The notes under the pieces: generated by a model
Database searches by the model: none
The model's input: only the letters and a program-made list of their open reading frames with translations
Told to the model about the DNA's origin: nothing
Made by a program: the position numbers and the translations under genes
Shown here: positions 12,820 to 26,600 of the stretch, piece after piece
Numbering within the stretch: the stretch's first letter is position 1
Layout: every line of letters starts with the position of its first letter
DNA from: Octopus sinensis
Lineage: Eukaryota
DNA length: 64,000 nucleotides
Reading direction: 5' to 3'
Assembly (NCBI RefSeq): GCF_006345805.1
Contig: NC_043002.1
Span: 62,248,001 to 62,312,000 of the forward strand

Positions 12820-14005
12820 AAAAGGAAGGAAGAGAGAGATTGGAAGTGAGTGAGACAGAGTGAGAGTGAGAGAAGAGGTTGGAGATAAGAGACATATTGA
12901 AACGTCAATTAAATATGTCTGTATCGAGTCCTCCACGCCATATTGTTGGCACATAAACTGCTGTGCCGAAACGACCAGTTCCATACTTTGAACCCACAGT
13001 GACTAGGGGATAACTAAAACCTTCTTCCCTCTTCACCTATTTTATGTACTACAAGTTTTTACAATTACAGAAACGCACCAAGCACTCCCTCTGCATGTTT
13101 AAACCCCACTGAGATTTCATTTGATCTTCTTCATGCTTCCACCAACTTGCAAATGTACAAGCAAAAGGTTATCTCTCATTCATCTCACTACATTCAATGT
13201 TCTTTAAGGACCATACATACAGCCCACTCATTCAGACACCCCCTCTCCAATATACACAAAATAATTTGGTGTATAGAGGAAGGAACTGCCTGTCAAGCCG
13301 ATGTGTAATTTCTAGCAACATATCAGTATCGAAAAATTGAGTTTATAGATCTTTCATTCAAACGTCAGCATCACGAGCGTAACAACTGCTCCTTCCTCTG
13401 TTGCAACAGCATGCTTCAAATCACTTCCGGACGAATTTAGTGACTGGAGAGGCAAGAGATTGTCCACGAATATCATGGGCGCAATGTCGGATAAAACATG
13501 GGTTTATAGAATCCTGAAATTATGCAGTCACTATATTGCAGAGAAATTTCACATCATTTCACTGTTTCCAAATCAAATTGTAAATTAGTTTTTAAAAAAA
13601 ATCTTATTTTCCTGGATTGATATAGACTAAAATTATTCTTGGGAAATATCAATACGATGACTTGCGACAAAATATTGCCATGCATTAAATCCTGTGATGT
13701 GCAGTGCGAATGCTGATATTTATTAAACATTTCTAACGGGCTGAGGCTTTCATTTGAGAGGTAAACGGCTTGAAAAAGCTGTGTTCTGACATGCTAAACG
13801 AAATTTCACTCGCATATAAATATTGCGCCACATTTGTATACTGTCAGATGTATGTACGTGCCATTTAAGGTAAACCTGAATGTTCGTATACGCCAAAATT
13901 GATGACGGAACAATGACAGGTGGTGATTCTCTCATCGAAGATGACCCTTCTGCATGTTATATTCAACGAATGATGATGAAGATGCTGCTGCTTGTGATGA
14001 TGATG

Positions 14006-14037
<32 letters not shown>

Positions 14038-14589
14038 GATGACGACGACGACGACGATGATTTCATTAAACATGCATGTTATTGCTTTATCCGATGACAT
14101 GCGCTGTCAAATAATAAGGATGATTCAAAGGAACCTAGGTTAAGACACGAAATTCTGATTACACCTGGAAAATACCTTCTTACTTCTTTTCTCATCTTAT
14201 TAACGTGTTTTTATTCATATTGAACAATGACAGCTTATATTTCTTTCCGAATCACTATGTTCTACGTTCCAATTCCCCACGGGGTTTACTTAGCCTACCA
14301 GTATTTCAAGATCAAGAAAATTAGTACCAGTCGTGCACAGCTCAAGTTTTCAGTCCTTCTGCGCACAGCAGAGAGGATTGTTGCTGTTGTTGCTGCTAAT
14401 GTCACATCATGTTGTAAATGCAGCATATATCACAGACGCTATTATATTTCATTTATCTTTGGGTCGGGTATGTTACTGATTTAAAGAATGGTTTGTGACC
14501 TTCAATATCAGTTTCAAATATTGACACAAGGCCAGCACTTTCAAGAGACGAATTATATCGATTAGTTCGAATCCAGTGCTCAGCTTAAG

Positions 14590-14909
14590 TTTATTATCAC
14601 GACACGGAAATGATGAAAGGCAAAGTCGACCTCGGCAACATTTGATATCTTGGAATGGACAGACGGACGAAATACCTATTTCTTTACTATCCACAAGGGG
14701 CTAAACACAGAAGGGACAAACAAGGACAGACAAACGGATTAAGTCGATTATATCTACCCCAGTGCATAACTGGTACTTATCTAATCGACCCCGAAAGGAT
14801 GAAAGGCAAAGTCGACCTTGGCGGAATTTGAACTCAGAACGTGGCGACAGTCGAAATACTGCTGAGCATTTCGCCCGGCGTGTAAAAGTTTCTGCCAGCT
14901 CACCGCCTT
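14590..14909 (-). mobile_element. tRNA-derived SINE family B, with a partial extra core at 14590-14660
   Basis: A-box-like ggcagaaac, B-box gagttcaaattcc, core gtcgactttgcctttcatcctttcggggtcgat. Confidence 0.8.
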
Positions 14910-14924
14910 CCTAGAGTGAAATAT

Positions 14925-15138
14925 ACTTTTCTACTCTAGGCACAATGCCCGAATTTTGGTGGGAGGGGGCCAATTGATTATATCGACCCCAGTACGCAAC
15001 TAGTACAAAATTTATCGATCCGAATGGATAAAAGGCAAAGTCAACTTCGGCGGAATTTGAACTCAGAAGGTAAAGACAGACGAAACACCGCTAAGCATTT
15101 CGCCCGGCATGCTAACGTTTTTGCCAGATCTCCGCCTT
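14925..15138 (-). mobile_element. tRNA-derived SINE family B, tandem second copy
   Basis: Same head and core as 14590-14909; tail gccttgtgcctagagtagaaaag type. Confidence 0.8.
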
Positions 15139-15514
15139 CCTAAACTGAAATATTAAAACAAGGATTATATTATGCAATCATTATACTCAGAATAGAGAAG
15201 AAAAATAACTAAAGGGAGATAATGTGAAGTGCGAAGTACTGTTTGTTATATTTATATGCATTCGTCTGATTATTTCTCTCTCTCACACTATGTATCTTTC
15301 TTTTTATCTCTTTCTTCATGTCTGTCTCCTGGATCCTTTGCCCTACTAGAAAGGTCGTGGTTAACTAATCCTTCCGTCCTGTTTTCTGCGAAAATATAGT
15401 AGAGATTAGCGAGGTTTCGCTACGAATTCTTCCACAAAATAAATATATATATATGTAGACAACACGATGTGCACTTCATTTCAGCACAGACACATACACA
15501 CACACACACATATA

Positions 15515-15563
<49 letters not shown>

Positions 15564-16795
15564 TTGTCTGTGTGTGTGTGTGTATGTATATATGTATGTA
15601 TGTATTTATACAAATTCATATGTAAGACATTCGTTGGACCAACAATACTCATTCTGTTGTCTTTTTATTGGTTGCTCAAAGAAAAAATAACGCTATATGC
15701 AAAATTTATTATATGAGACCTTAAATAATCAAAATGCCCTCTGCGCAGGAATGCAAAATTAATAATTAATTATAGACGCACGATTGTGAATACATTTGTG
15801 TATGCGCGCGCTCGCTTGTGTGTATGTGTGTGTGTAATGTTATAGTCCCTTGAAATATCAAATATCTTATGAAGTACCATATTCATTATTCATGTCTGCA
15901 ATGCTGGAGTAATCCCTAGTAATAGAGTCATTGAAGAATTTGGAGCTAGAACCATATTCTATTTCCAAATATTTGAGAAGGTAAATTATAGATTCTTCAT
16001 TGAAACAGACAGAAAAAAAAAGAAAAAAAAACTTGAAATCCTGCTATTTTCTAGTCATATCATCGTTTAGGTTAATTACTTTATGGAGAGAAAGGAATAA
16101 TTACACTTGTACACATATGCATTCAGATTTTACGCTAAATCGCTAATTAACGCTATACCTCATAAACATTACACGATTCTTATCACATTCGTTGTTTTTG
16201 CAAACTCACACACACACACACACACATACACATACTTAAACACACATACACTTACACACATGCTTACACCACACACACTCACACACATACTTACACCTCA
16301 CACACATGCACAAATGTATCCACAATCATACGTCCATAATTAATTATTAATTTTATTTTCCTACGCAGATGCCGTTTTGCTTGTTCAAGGTGCCATATAA
16401 TAAATTTTGTATTTAGCGTTATTCTTTCTTTGGGCAACCAATAAAGAGACAAAGAATTAGCATTGTTGGTCCAACGAATTACTTATTCACAAAGATATAG
16501 ATATACCGTTCCGTATACATTGTCTTTCTGTGATTGTCTTTACTTCTTTATTGGTAAACGTTAGCGATATATCTAATCGTCTTATACGTTCGAATATATG
16601 CAAAGAGCTTAAAAGATGGAGCTTATATTTTCCATGTAAGAAAACCTATAGGTATCTAGACGTTATAGGAATCTGCTGAACACTTTATCCTTGACAACAA
16701 ATAAATGTACCTATTCATTTCTACGTTTGATAGTATACAAATGTTTGTGAGTATGTGTGTTTGTGAGTATGTGTGTTAATGTATGTATGTATCTA

Positions 16796-16961
16796 CGTAG
16801 GAGTGGGTGTGTGTAAGTAGCTTGCTTACGAACCACATGGTTCCGGATTCAGTCCCACTGCGTGGCAGTTTAGTCAAGTTTCTTCTACTATAGCCTATAG
16901 CCTAGAGCCGAACAAAGCCTTGTGAGTGGATTGGTAGACAGAAACTGAAAGAAGCCCATCC

Positions 16962-17017
<56 letters not shown>

Positions 17018-17028
17018 TATATACATAC

Positions 17029-17059
<31 letters not shown>

Positions 17060-17295
17060 ATGATATGTGTGTGTGTATGTTTGTGTGTGTGTGTTTGTCC
17101 CCCAACATCACTTGACAACCGATGCTGGTGTGTTTACGTGCTTACGTCCCGCAAATTAGCGGTTCAGCAAAAGAGACCGATAAAACAACTACTAGGCTTA
17201 CGAAGAAGAAGTTCTGGAGTCGATTTCCTCGACTGAAGGCGGTGCTCCAGCATGGCCACACTCAAATGATTGAAGCAAGTAAAAGAGTAAAAGAG
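16796..17295 (+). mobile_element. Full-length tRNA-derived SINE family A with internal TA/TG microsatellite
   Basis: Head ...ggttccggattcagtccc; 3' end ggcggtgctccagcatggcc..gtaaaagagtaaaagag. Several homologues in the window. Confidence 0.85.
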
Positions 17296-17299
17296 AGAG

Positions 17300-17341
17300 A
17301 GTATATATATATATATATAGATAAATTGATATTCATAAATA

Positions 17342-17382
<41 letters not shown>

Positions 17383-17572
17383 TATATATATATATGTATA
17401 TATATATATATGTATATATATATATGTATATATATATATGTGTGTTATATATAATATGTTATATATATATATATATGTATATATGTATATATGTATATAT
17501 GTATATATATATATATATATACATATATACATATACATATATATATATACATATATACATATATATATATAG

Positions 17573-17651
<79 letters not shown>

Positions 17652-17680
17652 TATATATATATTATATATATATATATTAA
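17300..17680. repeat. Long interrupted (TA)n/(TATG)n microsatellite
   Basis: Direct reading. Confidence 0.95.
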
Positions 17681-18300
17681 AAGGTTGAGTTGTGGGGTAT
17701 CGCACGAGTGGGATTATATAAGAAAAAGGTTTGAAAATGCAATTTAAACGATGTTTATTTACTTAACCGGTTTCACTCTTTGGTAAAAGATTGTCAAAAG
17801 TAACATTTAAGGAAACATTGAATAATATGGGTTCAAAAAAAGTTTTTTACATAATTGTCACATTGGATATTATGAACTCAAAAATGTTTTTTTATACATA
17901 ATTGTCACATTACATGTATAAATATAGTGTTTGGTAACAGAGAAGTTCAATAGTGTGATGAGAATATTTGGGAAAATTTGGCAGAAAAGGATAAAACAAA
18001 TATATTATTGGGAATTGGTTGCGTTAATTATTGGTTGTCGCAAATTGTCACATTACATGTATATATATAGTCTTTGGTATATATATACAGCCTTTTGACA
18101 GCAAAAATTAAAATGGATTTTTTATACATCTCAGAATATTTAAGTTCAAGGCGAGAATTTGTTTTTACTGACCTGTTGGTATTAGCAGAAAGGCTGAACT
18201 GAATATGTATATATACATATACATATTCAAGCCTCACTCTATTGATTCATCTAAGAGATTAGATGTCGAGAGAATATTGTTTAACATGGGGTTTTTTTTT
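17680..18300 (-). mobile_element. Penelope-like terminal fragment (same family as 51845-52035)
   Basis: The reverse complements of 17680-17810 and 18010-18070 align closely with 51845-52035. Carries a hammerhead-like motif. The right boundary is approximate. Confidence 0.6.
17759..17803 (-). ncRNA. Hammerhead-like motif with U3-A8 core
   Basis: ttactt TTGACAA tcttt-tacc-aaaga gt GAA ACCGGT T aagtaa. 6-bp helix I and palindromic helix III. Confidence 0.55.
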
Positions 18301-18504
18301 CCCTCTCCCGATAAGCTAACTTAATAACTGTATTGATTTAAAGATTATTTATACTAATGCAAGCATGTAAGTAATTTACTTATTACAAAATATAATCAAA
18401 CAAGTATCTCTGCACATTTTAAGCTGCGAAACAATTGTTGTGATATGAGAATTTACAATGGTTAAATACATTTTATAATTCGCTATGATTCCCACGCTAT
18501 TTAT

Positions 18505-18592
<88 letters not shown>

Positions 18593-19768
18593 ATGCATGC
18601 ATGCATGTAAGCGTAGTCTTTATTTTCATTTAACATTTACCAAGACCAGCTTTTCTTTTTTGCAAGTCAAGTGTATGAGTGTGTGTATGCGTATTTGTCG
18701 GGGTGGTGATGCATGTGTTTTGAATGTTCTACCATTTACATATTCCATCATTTTTAGAAAATTAATAAGTGAATATTGAATTACGTCATAATACGATATA
18801 AAAGGAGAAACTGAAAGGGAGATAATTGGATGCGTTAATAGACAGTTTGTAGTTTATCGTTAGAAAATGTTGCCATGTATTAATGTTACAGAACCTTGAT
18901 GTGCCTTTTGAAAAACCATTGATGTTCATGAATATTCTTTATATCTCCAATCTTACAATATACACTGTCATTATAATACGATAATGTCTTTCCTCCATAC
19001 ACAAAATAGCTAGGAAATTACATTTCTCGACCTTATATGATAGATAGGAATTTTACTTTTTCTACTCGTGAAAATGTATGTCCACTGATGAAATCACTTA
19101 TAGAAGACAATGCTCCACGAAAACTGTATGTTATAAGATTAACATCACTGTATCTGTCTCTGTGACGAGTAGGAAAGATCGAATTTTCGCGAAAGGAAGA
19201 AAATTCAATTTTCTAGGAAATAGCTTCGAACTTACTTAAAATTATCCTCATTTGTCTTTGTGAGTCTTTAACGATTCCATTTAGATATATTTTCTGTCTT
19301 CCTGTAAGAAGAATATTACTATCCATTAGAGAGGTTCTGCGTTTTGTGTATAACATCCAAAACATCATAACCTCCCAGATGTATGTAAATATATAAACGT
19401 TGAATGATTCTCTCAACCAGTACGAATAGCAATCGACCATGAGTCACACCCATCTTAACTTACCCTCGTTAAATATTTTACTTATTATACGTTTTCAGTT
19501 CTGCGTTATTTCTTATGAGAGAACGACATTGGATATCATATTACGATTTACTTAAAATTTATGATGGACTATATCATTATTAGCAAAAATTTGTACAACA
19601 CGAGCAATCTCATAAGCTGCGAAACCGACCCTTTTAGCATATAAATTTTAGACCACATGATTAGAAACCAGTTGGAACTTGCGCTTAATTTGCTGTAAGG
19701 AGAAGCGATAATGGAATTTTACAAGAAATTCGCGCGGGCAATATTTGCGGCATTCTTTCTCTTTAATT

Positions 19769-20162
19769 TCTCTTTTACTTGTTTCAGTCATTTGATTGCG
19801 GCCATGCTGGAGCACCGCCTGTAGTCGAGCAAATCTTTGGAAGCCTAGTACTTATTCTATCGGTCTCTTTTGCTAAGTTACGGGGACGTAAACACACCAT
19901 CGGTTGTCAAGCGATGTTGGAGGGACAAACGCAGACACACAAACATACACACACACACGCACACACACACACATACATATATATGTATATATATATGCGA
20001 CAGGCTTCTTTCAGTTTCCGTCTTCCAAATCCACTCACAAGACTTTGATCAGCCCGAGGATATAGTAGAAGACACTTGCCCAAGGTGCCACGCAATGGAA
20101 ATGAACCCGGAACCATGTGGTTCGTAAGCAATCTACTTACCGCACAGCCACTCCTGCGCCTC
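19769..20162 (-). mobile_element. tRNA-derived SINE family A
   Basis: Reverse complement matches 16796-17295 end to end. Confidence 0.85.
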
Positions 20163-21787
20163 CTTAAATTTTCGTAATAAATGATCTTTTTATCTGTTTT
20201 TAATATGATAGTTTTTTTTTAAATCCATATCAGCGATGTACAAAGTTCCATTTAAATCAGAAAGAGACAAATAAAATCTACGTATTTTGTTCAGTGGAAA
20301 TCCCGGGATCAACCGAAAGGGAATTAACGAGAAAGATTTATTTATAAGCCCTTAAGACTAAGACTATTTAGGTTTGACGTAACGCGTCTCGACACACGAA
20401 TTATATTTCTGATCTTGCGTCGCTACACGATTGATATAATTACAGGGTAGAGACGTCGGACAATGACAACAATGAAAGGATAAGACGTAGCCATAATGCA
20501 TTCGACATTTCAAAATGCCAATAGTTTAATAGAAGCTTTTACGATATTATGTCATGCTCTTGAGATGTAATGAAGAAAATTGAAAAGACAGAATATTAAA
20601 GAATTTACACGGGATAGAAACTGCATCAATAGCACGCAGTAGTTTAGTGCAAGCCTTTAAAAATAGCAGATAAGCCAATAAGGAAACATTTCAGACATTT
20701 CTAAAGAAATCGTACGCTAACTTAAAGAAAAAGCCGGACATAGAAGTTAGAGTATGGAGTTGCACATAGACAATTGATGGAGAAAAAGATGGCGTATACA
20801 AAGCCTAAAAGTCATGAGTTAGGGGTGAGTAAATCTTCATCATATGAGCAGCACCGATTTCAAACTGCATGGATACTGATGCAGTAGCAAAAAGTGGATT
20901 ATAAAAGGCAAATAATTGTTTTCGCTTACCAAAATATCTAGAAATACTGTCTGGGAGATACCTAACTTAAAAGTGTCATTTGCAGAATAACTAAGAGTAG
21001 AACAACATGATCGCGACTCCGAAACGTATTCTAACTGAAGAGAATTATGTTACAAGGAACTTCTGGGACACATTGTTTCTTCCTATAACATAACTATAAG
21101 CATCGGTGATGAAAGGCCTGTATGTTAAAGTCTGAAGAGACATAATTTATTTTTTGGATAATATACATACGTTTTCTCTTGTTGCTTTCAGCCGCATCAT
21201 TCTCGGTTTATTTCCGATGTTACCATAGAAGCACCAGCCTTTTCGTTTTGGCTGCTTGGCAGTGGGACTGTTCTCATGAAACCAAAATATACCTGCGATT
21301 AGTTGAGATCGTGGGAGACAACACAACATGTCATGTATGCTTTAGCCTTAATACTGTCCGCTATAATACGCAGAATTGTGTCACTTGGCAGCAGGAAATA
21401 CCGCTAGAGATGAATTGCCAGGATCAGAATCGAATGGTAAAGTTAACCTCTTAAAAATACCAGAACTACCGAACTACACACTTCCAATAGCATTAAGCTT
21501 AATACTTTGTACAGGACATAAAAATAGTAGAAAAGAGGAAAGGAAAATTGCTAAAGGAGGAACTGACAGTTTCGGTCAAGATGTCAACTAATATCAATTG
21601 GTCTTCAACCACATTACACGAAAGGAGAACTGATGTTTTTGTTCTTATACCCTAGTTAGTAATGAGTAGCAAATAGACTGCAGCGAAAATAGATACGTTA
21701 CAAAATTTTGAAATTTCATTGTATGAATGCGGAAAAAGAAAGCAATGTGTTATATACTGTTCTATATTTAAGAGATGAGGAATTATG

Positions 21788-21980
21788 TACATTATTTACA
21801 TTATTTACATTTAACGGATATTTGTCATCATCTGGTTTGTTGTTAACGCAACGTTTCGGTTGCTATGCCCTCCATCCTTCATCAGGTGTGTTGGAGGGTA
21901 TATCCGCCGAAACGTTGCGTTAACAACAAACAAGATTTAAACAAATATCCGTCAAATGTAAATAATGTAAAAATAATGTA
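21788..21980. mobile_element. Penelope-like fold-back (head-to-head inverted terminal fragments)
   Basis: Arms tacattatttacatt..acggatatttgt..ttgttgttaacgcaacgtttcgg and ccgaaacgttgcgttaacaacaa..acaaatatccgt..aatgtaaataatgta. Confidence 0.75.
21846..21889 (-). ncRNA. Minimal hammerhead motif, partly decayed
   Basis: acac CTGATGA a ggatg-gagggcatag-caacc GAA ACGT T gcgt. One mismatch each in helix I and helix II. Confidence 0.55.
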
Positions 21981-22087
21981 AATAAAGCAGCACATATTAT
22001 GTACACATGTTTCTGTCTGTCTATCTACCTATCTATACATATATCTATCTATCTATCTCTCTATCTATCTATCTATCTATCTATCTA

Positions 22088-22203
<116 letters not shown>

Positions 22204-22601
22204 TAGTATAAGTGTGATGTATGTGAATATGTGTACGTATGAAATAGATGTATATTTGCTTATGTAGATGATGATGATGATGATGATGATGATAACGGCT
22301 TTCACGGCCTCTAGTCTTAATTGATTGGAAGTGTTATCATGTACACAATTTGTTATGGTGCAAAAGATGAACTAATCGACCTGAATAAAATTCCAACTGA
22401 TCCCCAACCGCACAGTCATGCACTGTTTTTTCTCGATATGACATCATCATATCGCGTGCATATGGCTGCGATTCATGTACCTGGTGTACCCTTATCAGAC
22501 AGATAATCCTGATGGGTATATTGAACGTCGTAAATTTGTAATCCAGTTTCACATTGATAGCATGCATTGCTCTCTCTCACCCAATAATAATAATAATAAT
22601 G

Positions 22602-22664
<63 letters not shown>

Positions 22665-22689
22665 TAAAAAAAATGAACGAACTACTGAG

Positions 22690-22794
22690 TTTGGTTTAAT
22701 GGCCTACCAATATACACTATGAGTTTCTTTGCCCTAGGAGTCGGGGAGACACTCGGCAAGAAATGGAAGAAAATTTGAAAGAAGAAAAAAAAAA

Positions 22795-22850
<56 letters not shown>
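22690..22850 (+). mobile_element. Very short Dong/R4-type 3'-end relic with (TAA)n tail
   Basis: ttgcc-cta-ggagtc-gggga-gacact-c-ggcaa has the same stem-loop geometry as the 3' UTRs of the Dong copies (identical to 36762 and 42045). Flanked by AAT arrays. Confidence 0.6.
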
Positions 22851-22886
<36 letters not shown>

Positions 22887-23699
22887 AATAATACTGGACT
22901 TGACAGAGGATGGACGTATTTTTTCGATGCTCTGAACTGGCAACAGCTAACCCAGCAGGACAACTGAAAAAAACAACTGTAGAAAACTGGAAGATCTACT
23001 GTTTTCTGTAAGTAATTTGAATTTTCCTCAAAATAAGTTAAGGAACTTACATATCTACAGCTCATACAAACGAACACCTAACCAAAAAAAATAGAAACAT
23101 AAATATCTCCAATTTTGTGTGAACATTTAGTCGTCCCGTCTCTCATGACTATAAGAATGTGGAAAATTGCTTTTAAATTGCCTTTTATCGTAACAACACA
23201 ATTAAATGCACGATAAAAAATTATGGAACTAAGCACCTGCTAATATATACATACAACTGAATTCAGAAATTTAAAAAATATATACATAACATTGAATTCA
23301 GAAATTTAAAATTTCATCGACGTGAACATCAGATAATATGTGTGTGTGAGTATACATATACATATACATATGTATGTGGAAAGGAAGAAATGAGAAAGGA
23401 AAAAAGAAATAAATGTAAACAGGTTTGACCTTTACTGACCATTAATGTCCTTTGTCTATTGGGCTATCTCTCCACCATCTGCCGAATCCATTTAAAGACC
23501 CATAGAACATGACCTCTTTAACCAACTATTCTCCCACACAATGGCAGTGTGATGGTGATGGTGAAAATGATAGGAACAAAAATAACAATAATAAGATACT
23601 GCTGTGACTACACATAAAACAATATCATTGATGATGATGATGATGATGATGGTGGTGGTGATGATGATAATGATGGTGATAGTAATAACAATAATAACT

Positions 23700-26600
23700 G
23701 ACATATCCCTTTTTTTTCTTTTTTTTCTCCGTATTTTATTCTCATTATTTCGAACTAATACAGGCAGAGTGAGCCTTTTATAAGTTTAAAAGAAGAAGGG
23801 AAAAGAAGGAAGGAAACATGGGAAGAAGGGGAAATATAGAAAGAGAGAGGAAAAAAGGAAGAGAAGGAAAAGAAAAGGAACAAAAAATGTTCGGAGATAA
23901 AACTATCAACAAAAAAAATACAGACGAATACAGATCTGCTAGCCTTAAGAAGCTGCGCTACGAGCAATGCTTACGTGTAGAGAACCCTAAACTGACAGAT
24001 CCATCTCCTAATGTAAGAGTGGAAGCTCGTCATGCTTCAATATGAACAAATCAAACTACAAACCTTATTGGTCGTCGCGCGGATTACAAAAGACTACGTA
24101 CCCGAAAATTGAACCAAATTCTGATTGAAAAATCAGCTACTGGATCAAATCTTCCCAACACACAGGAGCTGGACGTACCCCATAACCGGAATATTCCAAC
24201 AGATGGCCATCCATGCCCGTCACCAAATAATCAAAAGAAAAAGAAGGAAAAATGGTCTAGGGAAGATAAAGTTCTTGCGGCCTTCTACCATGTAATATAT
24301 TTCCCCACAGATAAATCTAATACTATACAAACCTACTTAAACTGGAGACAGAAACACCCTGGAGTAAGACCCTACATAGACAGTAACAAACTTGCCAACG
24401 TTAGAAGAAACATTATAAAAAAAAATTACTGACTGAAGTAGAGATTGATCAAGTTAGACAAGCAATATCGGATAAAATGGACGAAGCTGCAGCTAGAGAA
24501 GATAATACAGAGGAAATAATTATTGACCAGCCCAGGGCTGATAAAAACGAAGTAAGGATTGAAAGAGTTAGTATTAGTGATAGGCAAAGTGAAATACTCC
24601 CTGAACCAATCATAAACACTAAGACAGATGAACATCAAATAGATAAAGAAAGTCACACAAATATTGACCCAACAGAACTACATGAGCTAAAAAATCAAAT
24701 CATGATTGAATGGCTGAAAATTAAAGAAACCAGCATGGATGAACGTGATACACTCCCTAAAATCCGCAACTCTAACCAAAACATGAAAATAATTGGTAAA
24801 ATCCGGCTTGCACTTAAGGATATAATTCCAACTAATGATGTTGATATCACAAATCTCAACCACCTATATTATGCATCCGCGAAAATCTCAACGATCCTAT
24901 GTGGTGTAAAGATTAGAAAACGGCAACATTCCCACAAAAAGCCTTCTTGGCAAGAGCGTTTGCAACAACAAATTAAACTATTTAGATCTGACATTGAATA
25001 TTTGAAAAACCTTAAGGTTCACAAGACTACCAAACCTACAAAAACCCAAAAATTACTTAAAAAAATACAATATGAAAACTATACTTGATATTGATGCCAC
25101 CATAGAAACCATCAAACAAAAGGTATCTGCCAAAGCTGCCCGCATAGCGAGGTATGAAAGGCGTGTTAGATTTTTCAAGGACAACAACATATTCAAAAAT
25201 AACACCAAGAATTTTTACAGGAAGATAGGAAAAACGGCGTTTACTGTAAGGTCTGTACCATCAAAAGAAGAAGTGCAGGGATTTTGGAATAAAATTTGGG
25301 CAGAAGAAAAAACACACAACGAAAAGGCTCCCTGGATTGACAGAATATCTACAGAACTGGACTCCTTAGAAGAGCAAAAGTGGGAGGGTGTCAAGGTAGA
25401 AGATATAAGATCTGCTCTCAGGAGGTCAAGCAAATGGACGTCTCCAGAAAAGGATAAAATTCCTAACTTCTGGCTGAATGCCTTCCCAGGGAGCCGTGAA
25501 CTACTTACAGAACTGTACGATGATGTTTTGCAACACCCTAATAGGATGCCTCCTTGGCTAATTAATGGGTTAACATTCCTGCTTCCAAAAAGTGAAGAAA
25601 CAAATGAACCAAAAAACTATAGACCCATAACCTGCTTAACAACTATGTATAAAACGCTAACATCTGTCCTGACGGAATATTCTTATAGTTTTTTAACAGA
25701 CAGCAGTATATTCCCTAATGAACAGAAAGGATGTAAACGTGGATCCTACGGCTGTAAAGATCAACTACTCATCAATAAGATGATCTTAGAAGATTGTCAC
25801 AAACGACACAAAAACTTATCAGTAGCCTGGATAGACTATAAAAAGGCTTTTGATAGCCTACCACATAGCTGGATTAGGAAATGCCTGGAAATGTATAAGA
25901 TAGCACCTACTCTGCGAAACTTTTTGACTGTAAGTATGAGATCATGGAGAATCACACTAACTCTGAACAGTGACAATGAATCCTTAAATGCTGGTGATGT
26001 AAAAATTTCATGTGGCATTTTCCAGGGTGACTCACTGTCACCACTCCTCATTCGTTTAGCCTTAATACCTCTCTCAAAACTGCTCAATGACGCGCAGTAC
26101 GGGTATAAAATGTTTGATAAAAATATAAATCATCTCATTTACCTGGATGATCTAAAGCTTTTTGCAAAAAATGACCAACAACTCAAGGGCTTACTAGCGA
26201 TAGTCAAACAATTCAGTGATGATATCAGAATGCAATTCGGCCTCGATAAATGTGCAAAAGCTACCTTTTGCACATTCAAGACAGAGCTGAATGCAAGAAA
26301 CAGGATCGAAGCGATCAATGCATTAGCCATACCAGTCGTGACTTACAGTTTCAATATTGTTAACTGGTCAATTACTGAAATATGTCAGCTCGACAGAAAA
26401 ATAAGGAAACAGTTGACAATGCATAGAATGCACCACCCTAAGGCAGATACAGAACGACTTTATCTGCCAAGAAAAGAGGGAGGCCGTGGTCTTTTACAAC
26501 TGGCATTAACAATGAAGATTGCTACAATCGGCCTAGACACCTACCTGAAAAAGTCTGAGGACTGGATGTTAAAACTTGTCTCAAAACATGAAAACAAGTA

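Noticed and set aside
20370-20430. Hammerhead-like GAGACGCGTT on the minus strand
   Set aside because: Both core strands are altered and no helix II could be formed.
21010-21080. GAAACGTA..CTGAAGA as a permuted hammerhead, and LLGHIVS as gypsy RT
   Set aside because: Helix I would be only 2 bp, and the peptide match is isolated among stops.
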